This document shows, piece by piece, positions 1-10,602 of a stretch of 64,000 bases of DNA. Under the pieces are notes generated by a model. That model saw only the letters and a program-made list of their open reading frames with translations. It had not been told where the DNA came from and ran no database searches. The first letter of the stretch is position 1, and each line of letters begins with the position of its first letter. Made by a program: the position numbers and the translations under genes. Where the stretch lies: contig NZ_JACCSU010000068.1 of assembly GCF_013812825.1 (NCBI RefSeq), positions 77,845 to 141,844 on the forward strand. Reading direction: 5' to 3'. The DNA is from Sphingomonas sp. Its GTDB lineage: Bacteria; Pseudomonadota; Alphaproteobacteria; Sphingomonadales; Sphingomonadaceae.

Positions 1-957
<957 letters not shown>

Positions 958-1045
958 TTAGGGCGTGAGTGCCCGAAAGGGCAAGCAGGGACGAGCAAAA
1001 AAGTTTTTCCAGTGGTCGCGAAGCGACGGCGAAACTACGCGAGAG

Positions 1046-1438
1046 TTATTGCGCGAGCGGCACCGCGGGCTGGTTCTCGACGGGTGCTTGCTGGTTGGCG
1101 GTCGTTGGGGCCGCGTCGCCCGGAGCCTGGTCGGCGAGCGGAACGGTCGGAGCGGCCGGAGCCGGCGCGGGCGCGACCGTGTTGGCGAGCGAGGTGTCGA
1201 CCTTGGCCGGCTCACGTGAGACTCCGGCCACCGCGGCGAGCAGGATCGACAGCCCGACGAACATCGCTCCGAGGACCGCGGTCGAGCGGGTCAGGAAGTC
1301 CGCCGCGCCGCGCGCGGTCATGAACCCCGACGAGCTGCCGCCGACGCCGAGCCCGCCGCCTTCCGACCGCTGCATCAGGATCACCGCGACGAGCGAAGCG
1401 GCAATGACGGTCTGGACGACCAGAAGGAAGGTGAACAT
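1046..1438 (-). CDS. secG: Preprotein translocase subunit SecG
   Basis: Two TM helices and an ILMQRSEGGGLG...GAADFLTRSTAVL motif; lies between tpiA and pyrG. Confidence 0.95.
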   Translation of the reverse strand: MFTFLLVVQTVIAASLVAVILMQRSEGGGLGVGGSSSGFMTARGAADFLTRSTAVLGAMFVGLSILLAAVAGVSREPAKVDTSLANTVAPAPAPAAPTVPLADQAPGDAAPTTANQQAPVENQPAVPLAQ

Positions 1439-1479
1439 GAGCGGGCTTTCGGGAATGCTGGAAACGCGTTGGGGCGCAT

Positions 1480-2256
1480 CTAGGCGATCGGCGGAGCGGC
1501 TTCAACCGCGGCTGCGGCGGCGATGATCGGCACGAAGTCCTCGGCCGACAGGCTGGCGCCGCCGACCAGCGCTCCGTCGACGTCCGCGACGGCGAAGATC
1601 TCGGGGGCGTTCGACGCCTTGACCGAGCCGCCATAGAGGATCCGGACCCGATCGCCGGCCTCGCCGTATGCGGCAACCAAGCGCTCGCGCAGCGCTCGGT
1701 GGATTTCGGCGATGTCCTCGCACGACGCCACCTTGCCGGTGCCGATCGCCCAGATCGGCTCGTAGGCGACCGCCAGGCGGTCCGGAACGCCCGCGGCGGC
1801 CGGCTCGCCGTGGGGAAGCGAGGCGTCGAGCTGGCCGGAGGCGGTGCGCACCGCCTCGCCGGCTTCGCGCTGGGCGAGGCTTTCGCCGACGCACAGGATG
1901 ACTCCGAGCCCGGCGCCGAGCGCGGCTTCCGACTTGGCTTTGACGTCCGCGTCGCTCTCGCGCTGCGAGTCGCGCCGCTCGGAGTGGCCGACGATGGTCA
2001 GGCTGGCGCCGGCATCGGTCAGCATGGCGGTGCAGACGCAGCCGGTGTGCGCGCCTTTTTCGGCGAAATGGACGTCCTGGGCGCCGATCGCAAAGCCGGG
2101 AACCGCCCGAGCGGCGCGCTCGATCAGCGTCGCCGGAACGCACAGAGCGACATCGACGGATGGGAAACGCCGCGAGGCCTCGGCGATCGCCCGGACCTGC
2201 TCGAGGTCGGCCGCGACCCCGTGCATCTTCCAGTTTCCGGCGACCAGCTTCTTCAT
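1480..2256 (-). CDS. tpiA: Triosephosphate isomerase
   Basis: AGNWKM, GHSERR, AYEPIWAIGTG, LYGGSV and LVGGASL motifs. Confidence 0.98.
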   Translation of the reverse strand: MKKLVAGNWKMHGVAADLEQVRAIAEASRRFPSVDVALCVPATLIERAARAVPGFAIGAQDVHFAEKGAHTGCVCTAMLTDAGASLTIVGHSERRDSQRESDADVKAKSEAALGAGLGVILCVGESLAQREAGEAVRTASGQLDASLPHGEPAAAGVPDRLAVAYEPIWAIGTGKVASCEDIAEIHRALRERLVAAYGEAGDRVRILYGGSVKASNAPEIFAVADVDGALVGGASLSAEDFVPIIAAAAAVEAAPPIA

Positions 2257-2368
2257 GCTCTCGTGCCACTAGCCATCTTGGGCAGCGACTGGAAGCTTGC
2301 CCCGCCTTGATGCGCGCGGCGCCCGCTCCTAAAGCGGCGTGAACTGTTTCCCCGAGGCGAATTCTTCA

Positions 2369-4303
2369 ATGCTTGCTTCCTTCCGCCGCCTGTCGAAATC
2401 GACGGTCGGTTCCATCGTCTTGGTGCTGTTCGTGCTGGCGATCGTCGCTTCGTTCGCGCTGGCCGACATCTCCAACATCGGTGCGGGCAGCTTGGGCTCC
2501 GGCAGCTCGTCGTCCCTGGCCAAGGCCGGCAACCAGCAGATCACCGACCGCGACATGTCCCGGGCGATGGAGCGGCGCCTCACCCAGGTCCGCCAGCAGA
2601 ATCCCGAAGCCGACTATTCGACCATCGCCGGCGACTTCGACGCGATCCTTGCCAGCCTGATCGACCAGGCCGCCCTGCAGGCGTTCGCCGACAAGCATGG
2701 GTTCGTGGTGTCGAAGCGGCTGATCGACGCCGAGATCGCGACCATTCCGGGCACCCGCGGGCTCGACGGCAAGTTCAGCGAGCAGGCTTACGCGCTGTTC
2801 CTCGCCCAGCAGCGCATGACCGACCAGGAAGTCCGGCAGTTGATCGCCAACGGGATCCTGCAACGCATGCTGCTGACCCCGGTGGCGACCAACGCGCGGG
2901 TGCCGGTGGGCATGGCGAGGCCCTATGCGTCGATGCTGCTCGAAGCGCGCGAGGGCGAGTTCGCCAACGTGCCGAATTCGGCGTTCCGCGCCGGGCTCAA
3001 GCCGACCGATGCCGACGTTCAGCGCTTCTATGCCGCCAACCGGGGACGCTACATGATCCCCGAGCAGCGCGTTCTCCGGCTCGCCCGGATCGGCCCCGAG
3101 CAGGTCGCCGGCGTTGCTGCCAGCGAGCAGGAGATCGCCGCTTATTACAACGCCAACCAGGCGACCTACGGAGCCAAGGAGATCCGCGTGATCAGCCAGG
3201 CGGTGGTCCCCGACCAGGCGGGCGCCAACGCCATTGCCCAGCGGGCTCGCGGCGGCGCCAGCTTCGTCGCGGCCGCCGCCCCGGCCGGGTTGAGCGCGGC
3301 CGACATTTCGGTCGGACCGCAAACCCGCAGCGAGTTTGCAGCGCTTGCCGGCGACCGCGTCGCCGCGGCGGCGTTTGCGACGCAGTCCGGAGCAATCGTC
3401 GGCCCGGTCCAGTCGGACCTTGGCTGGCACGTCGTCAAAGTCGATTCGATCCGTCGCGAGGGCGGCAAGCCGCTCGCCGCAGCCCGAGCCGAAATCGCCG
3501 CCAGGCTGACCGCCGAGAAGCGCAAGGAAGCGCTGACCGATCTCGTGACCACCATCGAGGACGCGATTTCCGAGGGCAGCAACTTCACGGAAGCGGCGGC
3601 GAAGGCCAAGCTCCAGGTGACCGAGACGCCGCTGATCACGGTCAGCGGCAGCGCGCTGGGCAACCCGTCCTTTCGACTGCCGCCCGAGCTCGCTCCGGCC
3701 TTGAGGAGCGGCTTCGAGCTGGCCCAGGACGACGAGCCGGTGGTCGAGACCCTCGCCAATGAGGAGAGCTATGTGCTGGTCGCTCCGTCGCGGATCGCCC
3801 CGGCTGCCCCGGCCCCGCTGGCCAGCATCCGCGCCCGGGTCGCCGAGGACTGGATCAACCAGCAGGCGGCGGACCGCGCCCGGGCCGTCGCGAATACCAT
3901 CGCCGCCAAGGCGGCTCGCGGTGTGCCGCTGGCCAAGGCGGTGGCCGAGGCCGGAGTCTCGCTGCCGCTGGTCCGCCCGGTGGCCGCTCGCCGGCTCGAC
4001 CTGTCGCAAATGGGCGCCAACGTCCCCGCCCCGGTGCGCATGCTGTTCAGCCTCGGCGCCGGCAAGAGCCGGGTTGTCGCCGACCCGCAGCAGCGCGGCT
4101 TCTCGGTCGTCAAGGTCAACCGCATCGTGCCCGGCAACGCGCTCAACCAGCCGGCGCTGATCGGCCGAGTCCAGAACGAGTTCCAGGAAGCGGTCGCCGA
4201 GGAATATGCCGGCCAGTTCCTGGCCGCCGTGCGCGCCGCCGTTGGAGTGCGCCGGAATGAAGGCGCGATCGCCGCGACCAAGCAAAGGATCAGCGGCAGC
4301 TAG
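2369..4303 (+). CDS. ppiD: PpiD/SurA-family periplasmic chaperone (peptidyl-prolyl isomerase-like)
   Basis: N-terminal TM anchor, SurA-N-like region and rotamase-like segment (GPVQSDLGWHVVKV); divergent from tpiA as usual. ATG at 2369 chosen as start. Confidence 0.85.
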   Translation: MLASFRRLSKSTVGSIVLVLFVLAIVASFALADISNIGAGSLGSGSSSSLAKAGNQQITDRDMSRAMERRLTQVRQQNPEADYSTIAGDFDAILASLIDQAALQAFADKHGFVVSKRLIDAEIATIPGTRGLDGKFSEQAYALFLAQQRMTDQEVRQLIANGILQRMLLTPVATNARVPVGMARPYASMLLEAREGEFANVPNSAFRAGLKPTDADVQRFYAANRGRYMIPEQRVLRLARIGPEQVAGVAASEQEIAAYYNANQATYGAKEIRVISQAVVPDQAGANAIAQRARGGASFVAAAAPAGLSAADISVGPQTRSEFAALAGDRVAAAAFATQSGAIVGPVQSDLGWHVVKVDSIRREGGKPLAAARAEIAARLTAEKRKEALTDLVTTIEDAISEGSNFTEAAAKAKLQVTETPLITVSGSALGNPSFRLPPELAPALRSGFELAQDDEPVVETLANEESYVLVAPSRIAPAAPAPLASIRARVAEDWINQQAADRARAVANTIAAKAARGVPLAKAVAEAGVSLPLVRPVAARRLDLSQMGANVPAPVRMLFSLGAGKSRVVADPQQRGFSVVKVNRIVPGNALNQPALIGRVQNEFQEAVAEEYAGQFLAAVRAAVGVRRNEGAIAATKQRISGS

Positions 4304-4343
4304 ACCAATCAGCGCTTGACGCGAGTCCCCGTGTTGCCTACAC

Positions 4344-4358
4344 GTTCTCCGTTCGTTC
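4344..4358 (+). promoter_or_regulatory. Alphaproteobacterial LexA (SOS) box GTTC-N7-GTTC
   Basis: GTTC-TCCGTTC-GTTC, 27 bp upstream of the lexA ATG and just downstream of a TTGACG -35-like hexamer (4316-4321). Confidence 0.9.
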
Positions 4359-4385
4359 CTGCTAAGGCCAAACGGGGTAACGCCA

Positions 4386-5039
4386 ATGCTCACCGCCAAG
4401 CAGCATGAATTGCTCATGTTCATCCACGAGCGGCTCGGTCGGACCGGGGTGTCGCCGAGCTTCGACGAGATGCGCGAAGCGCTCGATCTCAAGTCCAAGT
4501 CGGGAGTTCATCGCCTGATCTCCGCGCTCGAGGAGCACAAGTTCATCCGCCGCCTGCCCAACCGCGCCCGCGCCCTGGAAGTGGTCAAGATGCCGGAGAC
4601 GACCGCCCCCGCCGCCATCGCCGCGGCTGCGCGCCCTGCAGTCCCGGCGCCGGCCAACGACACCATCGAGATTCCGCTGTACGGACGGATTGCCGCCGGC
4701 ACTCCGATCGAGGCGCTGCAAGGCACCGAAGGGTTTGCGGTTCCCGCTGCGCTGCTCGGGCCGGGCGAGCATTACGCGCTCGAGGTATCGGGCGATTCGA
4801 TGGTCGAGGAAGGCATCCTCGACGGCGATTTCGCGCTGATCCGAAAGGTCGACACGGCGCGCGACGGCGAGATCGTCGTCGCTCTGATCGACGACAGCGA
4901 AGCGACTCTCAAGACCTTCCGGCACGAGGGCAGCATGATCCGCCTCGACCCGGCCAACCGCCATTACGAGCCGCAGCGCTACCGGCCCGACCAGGTGCAG
5001 ATCCAGGGGCGGCTGGCGGGGCTGATCCGCCGCTATTGA
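4386..5039 (+). CDS. lexA: SOS repressor LexA
   Basis: N-terminal wHTH ([22 protein letters not shown]), IAAG cleavage site, GDSM catalytic Ser and TLK catalytic Lys. Confidence 0.98.
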   Translation: MLTAKQHELLMFIHERLGRTGVSPSFDEMREALDLKSKSGVHRLISALEEHKFIRRLPNRARALEVVKMPETTAPAAIAAAARPAVPAPANDTIEIPLYGRIAAGTPIEALQGTEGFAVPAALLGPGEHYALEVSGDSMVEEGILDGDFALIRKVDTARDGEIVVALIDDSEATLKTFRHEGSMIRLDPANRHYEPQRYRPDQVQIQGRLAGLIRRY

Positions 5040-5051
5040 TGGGCGGCTGAG

Positions 5052-5396
5052 ATGGGCGGCGCCCGAATTGATTATGTCGAGCTGCCGAGCGCGACCGCGC
5101 ACGAGCTGACCCGCGGCTTTTACAGCAAGGCCTTCGGTTGGGATTTCGCCGATTACGGTCCCGCTTATTCGGCGACGACCAACGGAACGGTCGATGTCGG
5201 CCTCAACGGACAGCCCAGTGATGCGCTCGCCTCACCGCTCCCGGTGGTGCGGGTCAACGACCTCGAGGCCTCGCTCGACGCGGTGGTCAAGGCCGGCGGG
5301 ACCATCGCCAAGCCGATCTTTTCCTTTCCGGGCGGCCGCCGCTTCCACTTCATCGACCCGTCCGGGAGCGAGCTCGCGGTGTGGTCCGAAGCCTGA
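5052..5396 (+). CDS. VOC (glyoxalase/bleomycin-resistance) family protein
   Basis: IDYVEL...FYSKAFGW and GGRRFHFIDPSGSELAVW motifs. Confidence 0.85.
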   Translation: MGGARIDYVELPSATAHELTRGFYSKAFGWDFADYGPAYSATTNGTVDVGLNGQPSDALASPLPVVRVNDLEASLDAVVKAGGTIAKPIFSFPGGRRFHFIDPSGSELAVWSEA

Positions 5397-5397
5397 C

Positions 5398-5670
5398 CTA
5401 TTCGGCGGTGGTCGGATCGATGACGTTGCGCACCTGCGAAATGCTGTTGGCCGGGAAACCCGCGGTGTCGGCGTGCTGGCGGATCATGTCCTCGCTCGGG
5501 GCGCGATAAATGCAGTAAATCTTGTCGTCGGTGACATAGCTGTGGACCCACTGGATGTCGGGTCCGAGGTCGCGCAGGACCGAGCAGCTCGTCTCGGACG
5601 CGCCCTTTAGGTCACCACCGGACAGCTTGCCTACCCCGGGCATCTCACGTTCGATCACGAATTGGGGCAT
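5398..5670 (-). CDS. DUF4242-like small protein
   Basis: C-terminal part of ORF 5398..6132 from ATG 5670: MPQFVIEREMPG...QWVHSYVTDDKIYCIYRAPSEDMIRQHA...GFPANSI, recognisable as DUF4242-like. Confidence 0.8.
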   Translation of the reverse strand: MPQFVIEREMPGVGKLSGGDLKGASETSCSVLRDLGPDIQWVHSYVTDDKIYCIYRAPSEDMIRQHADTAGFPANSISQVRNVIDPTTAE

Positions 5671-7843
5671 CGGCGCTCTCCTTGGCTCTGACCCGCGGCG
5701 CATAGCGCATTTGCCCGCGAACGTCAGCCGCCCAGGGATGCCCGCCGATCCGCTCGGCGACCGTCTCGGCGCGCGGCTGCCGGCCGAGGTAGACCGCGAC
5801 CCCCCCGGTCCGGGCCAGCGAGTCGCGGTCGAGCTTGAGCCAGCGCGGAGTGCAGGCGCGCGGCAGCCAGCGGCTCGAAACGACGATGTCCGAGTTGGCA
5901 CAGGCGCGCACCAGGGCCTGCCACTCGATCGACTGCGCGGAGCGCGTCGCGAGGATCTGCCAGCGCCGCTCACCGCGGTCGAGCAGCGCGATGCAGCTGT
6001 CGCGCGAGCAGGAGGCGAACGGGCGCGACTCCAAGTCTTCCGGATCGTCGTCGAACCCGGCCGAATCGGCAAGGACGCTGCGGATGAAGTCGCCGCTGCG
6101 CTCGCGAAGCAGCAGCGGAGTGCCGTCGGCATCGACGACCGCCAGGTGACGCCCGTCGCCGGTGACCAGCAGGTCGGGGGTCGGCGACAGTGCGGCGCCT
6201 GCCGCGCCCAGCAGGATCGGGACGAGGCCCCACAACCGCGGGCGGCTGTTCCACAAGAACAGCCACAGTCCGCCGGCGACCATCATGCCCAGCGCCCAGG
6301 GAGGCATCGCCGCCATCATCACGATCGCACCCCGCGTGTTGGCGACTAGGTGCGCGAGGCCAAGCAGCAGGTCCAGCGACAGCCCGGTCAGCCACCACAA
6401 GGGCGCCCCCAGGCCGACGGCGTCGAGCAGCAGGGCAGCGGCTTCGAGCGGCATGATGACGAAGGTGGTGAGCGGGATGGCGATGATGTTCGCGGCGACC
6501 CCATACAGGCCGGACTTGTGGAAATGGTAGAGCGCGATCGGAATCAGCGCGAATTCCACCGCGAGCCCGGTGGCGATCAAGGCCAGCACTGCCCGTCCCA
6601 CCCGCGCGAACAGCGCTTCGTCGCGCCGGTGGAACATGCTCCGCGCCCAGGCGGTCGAATGCAGCGCGATGATCGAGGCGACGGCGGCGAAGCTGAACTG
6701 GAAGCTGGCTCCGGCGAGCGATTCGGGGCGGAACAGCAGGACCAGCAGCGCCCCGACCGCGAGCGTACGCAGGCTGATCGCGTCGCGGCCGAGCGCGATT
6801 CCAGCGAGAACCAGCAGCGCCGCGACGCAGCTTCTTACCGTCGGCACCTGGGCGCCGGTCAGAAGCGTGTAGCCGATGCCGGTCAGAGCGCCGACTCCCG
6901 CGGCGACCAGAATCAGGTTGAAGCGCAGCGCGACGCGCTCGCTCAGCGCCAGCAGCTTGAGGGTCAGGAGCATCGCCGCCCCGACCGCGGCGGCGATGTG
7001 CAGGCCGCTGACCGACAGCAGGTGCGTGAGGCCGCTTCGCCGCATCGCCTCGGCATCGGGCTCGCGGACGCTGTTCTGGTCCCCGGTGACGAGCGCGACG
7101 GCGATCCCTCCGCTGGGACCGGGCAGCCGCTCTCGAACGTGGCGGCCGAGCCGCTCGCGGGCCGCGTCGAGGCCGGTTTCTCCCTTGGGCTCGACGACGG
7201 TCACGGGCCCAAGCGCCCGACCGACGCCGCCGATGCCCTTGAACCAGGCATCGCGCGCGAAGTCGTAGCCCCCCGGCAGCGCCATCGGCGGCGGTGGCGC
7301 CAGCCGGGCGCGCAACTGCAGCTCGGCGCCCCTGGCGATGCCCTTGGGAGCCGCGTCCTGCTTGATCGACACCCGCACCCGCGGCGGCAGCGCCGGATCG
7401 GCGGGAGCGAGGGTCAGCCTAAGGTCGCCCTTGGCGACCCGGGTCTCGACCCGTTCGACCTTCGCCCGGAACTCGGTGACCAGCGGCCGCTCGAGCCGCG
7501 GCGCGGCGACATAGTGCGAGCGCGCCCAGACCAGCGAGCAGCCGAGCATCATCGCCAGCCCGAACCAGCCGGCCGCCCGCTCGGCCCGCCCGCCCCGCGA
7601 TGCGAAGCCGGCGATCGCCAGACCGGCGCTCAGGCACAGGAACGCCGCCCAGTGCCGCGGCTGCCCGAGCAGGAACCAGGCGGCGATGCCGGCGCCGAAG
7701 CCGACCACGAACCACGGCGGCAGCTGCCCGCGCTCGCGCTCGAGGAATGCCTCGACGCTTTCGCGCAAGCCGCCGAAACGCGTCTCCCAGAACCGCCGAG
7801 CCCGCTGTGGAAGAGGCGCACCCGCTATGTTAGGGGCGCTCAT
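5645..7843 (-). CDS. comEC: ComEC/Rec2 competence protein
   Basis: Multi-TM protein with GLTHLLSVSGLH and SFQFSF motifs plus a DUF4131-like region; divergent from gltX. Start uncertain (7843 or 7852). Confidence 0.92.
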   Translation of the reverse strand: MSAPNIAGAPLPQRARRFWETRFGGLRESVEAFLERERGQLPPWFVVGFGAGIAAWFLLGQPRHWAAFLCLSAGLAIAGFASRGGRAERAAGWFGLAMMLGCSLVWARSHYVAAPRLERPLVTEFRAKVERVETRVAKGDLRLTLAPADPALPPRVRVSIKQDAAPKGIARGAELQLRARLAPPPPMALPGGYDFARDAWFKGIGGVGRALGPVTVVEPKGETGLDAARERLGRHVRERLPGPSGGIAVALVTGDQNSVREPDAEAMRRSGLTHLLSVSGLHIAAAVGAAMLLTLKLLALSERVALRFNLILVAAGVGALTGIGYTLLTGAQVPTVRSCVAALLVLAGIALGRDAISLRTLAVGALLVLLFRPESLAGASFQFSFAAVASIIALHSTAWARSMFHRRDEALFARVGRAVLALIATGLAVEFALIPIALYHFHKSGLYGVAANIIAIPLTTFVIMPLEAAALLLDAVGLGAPLWWLTGLSLDLLLGLAHLVANTRGAIVMMAAMPPWALGMMVAGGLWLFLWNSRPRLWGLVPILLGAAGAALSPTPDLLVTGDGRHLAVVDADGTPLLLRERSGDFIRSVLADSAGFDDDPEDLESRPFASCSRDSCIALLDRGERRWQILATRSAQSIEWQALVRACANSDIVVSSRWLPRACTPRWLKLDRDSLARTGGVAVYLGRQPRAETVAERIGGHPWAADVRGQMRYAPRVRAKESADAPIRDRT

Positions 7844-7879
7844 CCATTGCATCTATCGGGACAAGACAAAGGAAAGCGC

Positions 7880-9310
7880 TTGAGCGCAAGTCACAATCCG
7901 TCATCCGCCTCCGCGACGAACGCAGTGGTGACGCGCTTCGCGCCCTCCCCGACCGGTTTCCTGCACATCGGCAACGCCCGCACCGGCCTCTTTTCCTGGC
8001 TTTACGCCCGGCACCACGGCGGCACGGCGCTGCTTCGAGTCGAGGACACCGACAAGACGCGATCGACCCAGGGGGCGATCGACGTGATCCTCGACGGGCT
8101 CGAGTGGCTCGGGCTCGACTGGGACGGGAAGGTCCACTTCCAGTCCGAGTTCGAGAAGCGGCATGCCGAGGTCGCGCATCAGCTGATCGAGCGCGGCGCC
8201 GCCTACCGCTGCTACCTGACGCCGCAGGAGCTCGCGAAGCGGCGGGAGAAAGCCCAGGCCGAGCGGCGGCCGTTCCGAATCGAGAGCGAGTGGCGCGACT
8301 GCTCGAGTGATGGCCCCGAAGACGCCCCGTTCGTCGTCCGACTGAAAGCGCCGCGCGAGGGCGAAACGGCGATCGACGACCTCGTCCAGGGCCGCGTTGC
8401 GGTCGCCAATGCCGAAATCGACGATTTCGTGCTGCTTCGGTCGGACGGGACCCCGACCTACATGCTGGCGGTGGTGGTCGACGACCACGACATGGGTGTG
8501 ACCCACATCATCCGTGGCGACGACCATCTCAACAATGCCTTCCGCCAGCTGGCGATCATCCGGGCGATGGACTGGCCGGAGCCGGCCTACGCCCACATCC
8601 CACTGATCCACGGGCCGGACGGAGCCAAGCTGAGCAAGCGCCACGGAGCGCTCGGGGTGCATGACTATCGCGAGACGGGAATTCTGCCCGAAGCCCTGTT
8701 CAATTATTTGCTTCGGCTCGGCTGGGGGCACGGCGACGACGAGATCATCAGCCGCGAGCAGGCGATCGCCTGGTTCGACCTCGACCATGTCGGCAAATCT
8801 CCGTCGCGCTTCGACTTGAAGAAGCTCGAAAGCCTCAACGCCCACTATATCCGGGAAGCCGACGACACTCGGCTGGCCGGGCTGGTCGCCGGTCGGCTCG
8901 GCCTCGGGGAAACCGACATCGAGCTGCTGGTCCGCGCGATGCCCGAGCTGAAGGCCCGCGCCCACGACCTCAACCAGCTGGCCGACGGAGCGCGATTCCT
9001 GTTCGCCCGACGCCCGCTCGCGATGGGCGAGGGCGCGGCCGCATTGCTCACCCCCGAGAGCCGGGCATTGTTGCGCGCCGCCCACCAGGCTCTCTGCAAG
9101 GTCGCGACCTGGGAGCATGACGAGCTCGAAACCGTCGTTCGCGAGGTCGCCGACCAGGCGGGGGTCAAGCTCGGCAAGCTCGCCCAGCCGCTGCGCGCCG
9201 CTCTGACCGGCCGCTCCACCAGCCCCGGAATTTTTGACGTGCTGGCCTTGCTCGGGCAGTGCGAAAGCCTCGATCGAATTGCCGACCAGATGGTGGAGCC
9301 GAACGAATGA
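7880..9310 (+). CDS. gltX: Glutamate--tRNA ligase
   Basis: [14 protein letters not shown] (HIGH) and KLSKR motifs. Probable TTG start at 7880; the longer ORF from 6350 is the antisense shadow of comEC. Confidence 0.96.
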   Translation: MSASHNPSSASATNAVVTRFAPSPTGFLHIGNARTGLFSWLYARHHGGTALLRVEDTDKTRSTQGAIDVILDGLEWLGLDWDGKVHFQSEFEKRHAEVAHQLIERGAAYRCYLTPQELAKRREKAQAERRPFRIESEWRDCSSDGPEDAPFVVRLKAPREGETAIDDLVQGRVAVANAEIDDFVLLRSDGTPTYMLAVVVDDHDMGVTHIIRGDDHLNNAFRQLAIIRAMDWPEPAYAHIPLIHGPDGAKLSKRHGALGVHDYRETGILPEALFNYLLRLGWGHGDDEIISREQAIAWFDLDHVGKSPSRFDLKKLESLNAHYIREADDTRLAGLVAGRLGLGETDIELLVRAMPELKARAHDLNQLADGARFLFARRPLAMGEGAAALLTPESRALLRAAHQALCKVATWEHDELETVVREVADQAGVKLGKLAQPLRAALTGRSTSPGIFDVLALLGQCESLDRIADQMVEPNE

Positions 9311-10593
9311 CCGACAAGACGCTGACGATGACGTTCGATGGCGGCGAGCAGACCTACCCGCTGCTGTCAGGCTCGGTCGGCCCGGACGTCGTCGACATCC
9401 GCAAGCTCTACCCGGATACGGGCATGTTCACCTACGACCCGGGCTTCACCTCGACCGCCAGCTGCCAGAGCGCGATCACCTTCATCGACGGCGAAAAGGG
9501 CATTCTGCTCCACCGCGGCTACCCGATCGACCAGCTGGCCGAGCAGTCGAGCTTCATGGAGGTCGCCTATCTGCTGCTCCACGGCGAGCTGCCCAAGAAG
9601 AACGAGCTCGACACCTTCACCTATACCATCTCGCGCCACACGATGCTGCACGAGCAGCTTTCCACATTCTATCGCGGGTTCCGGCGCGACGCGCACCCGA
9701 TGGCGGTGATGTGCGGCGTGGTCGGCGCCCTCTCCGCTTTCTATCACGACAGCACCGACATCACCGATCCGCTGCAGCGGATGATCGCTTCGCACCGGCT
9801 GATCGCCAAGATGCCGACGATCGCCGCGATGGCCTACAAATACACCATCGGGCAGCCGTTCGTGTATCCGCAGAACAGCCTCAGCTACACCGGCAACTTC
9901 CTGCGCATGACCTTCGGCGTCCCCGCCGAGCCATATGAGGTTAACTCGGTGGTCGAGCGGGCGATGCGGCGAATCTTCATCCTCCACGCCGACCACGAGC
10001 AGAACGCGTCGACCTCGACGGTGCGGCTGGCCGGATCGTCGGGAGCCAATCCGTTCGCCTGCATCGCGGCCGGCATCGCCTGCCTGTGGGGCCCCGCCCA
10101 TGGCGGCGCCAACGAGGCGGCGTTGAACATGCTGCGCGAGATCGGGCGGCCCGAACGAATCCCCGAATATATCGCTCGAGCCAAGGACAAGGACGACCCG
10201 TTCCGGCTGATGGGCTTCGGCCACCGCGTGTACAAGAACTACGATCCGCGGGCGAAGGTCATGCAGCAAACCGCCCAGGAGGTGCTCGACGAGCTGGGAA
10301 TCAGCGACCCGGTGCTCGATACCGCCCGCGAGCTCGAGCAGATCGCTCTCAAGGACGATTATTTCGTCGAGAAGAAGCTCTATCCGAACGTCGACTTCTA
10401 TTCGGGCGTGATCTTGAACGCGATCGGCTTCCCGACCGAGATGTTCACCGCCTTGTTCGCCCTCGCCCGAACGGTCGGCTGGGTCGCGCAGTGGAACGAG
10501 ATGATCTCGGACCCCGAACAGAAGATCGGCCGCCCGCGCCAGCTCTATGTCGGCGCCAAGCGGCGGGACTTTGTGCCGGTCGACAAGCGCTGA
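9307..10593 (+). CDS. gltA: Citrate synthase
   Basis: [23 protein letters not shown] and YPNVDFYSG motifs; ATGA overlap with gltX. Confidence 0.98.
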   Translation: MTDKTLTMTFDGGEQTYPLLSGSVGPDVVDIRKLYPDTGMFTYDPGFTSTASCQSAITFIDGEKGILLHRGYPIDQLAEQSSFMEVAYLLLHGELPKKNELDTFTYTISRHTMLHEQLSTFYRGFRRDAHPMAVMCGVVGALSAFYHDSTDITDPLQRMIASHRLIAKMPTIAAMAYKYTIGQPFVYPQNSLSYTGNFLRMTFGVPAEPYEVNSVVERAMRRIFILHADHEQNASTSTVRLAGSSGANPFACIAAGIACLWGPAHGGANEAALNMLREIGRPERIPEYIARAKDKDDPFRLMGFGHRVYKNYDPRAKVMQQTAQEVLDELGISDPVLDTARELEQIALKDDYFVEKKLYPNVDFYSGVILNAIGFPTEMFTALFALARTVGWVAQWNEMISDPEQKIGRPRQLYVGAKRRDFVPVDKR

Positions 10594-10602
10594 GCCGGCC
10601 GG

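Noticed and set aside
970-983. TGCCC-GAAA-GGGCA hairpin upstream of pyrG as a pyrimidine attenuator
   Set aside because: There is no following U-tract on the coding strand, and it overlaps a probable -35 element (TTGCCC-N17-CTAAGC); no support for attenuation.
2366-4498. Long antisense or alternate-frame ORFs (e.g. 2366-4498, 21412-23058, 26477-28336 N-part, 44490-46600, 52184-53824, 60809-62746)
   Set aside because: They are shadows of recognised genes in GC-rich DNA, with Arg/Pro/Ala-rich translations and no family motifs.
5645-6200. ComEC lacking a recognisable metallo-beta-lactamase C-terminal domain
   Set aside because: This is common for alphaproteobacterial ComEC and not evidence of pseudogenisation.
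6350-7879. Apparent 510-aa N-terminal extension of GltX
   Set aside because: It is the antisense frame of comEC; GltX homology begins after the TTG at 7880.
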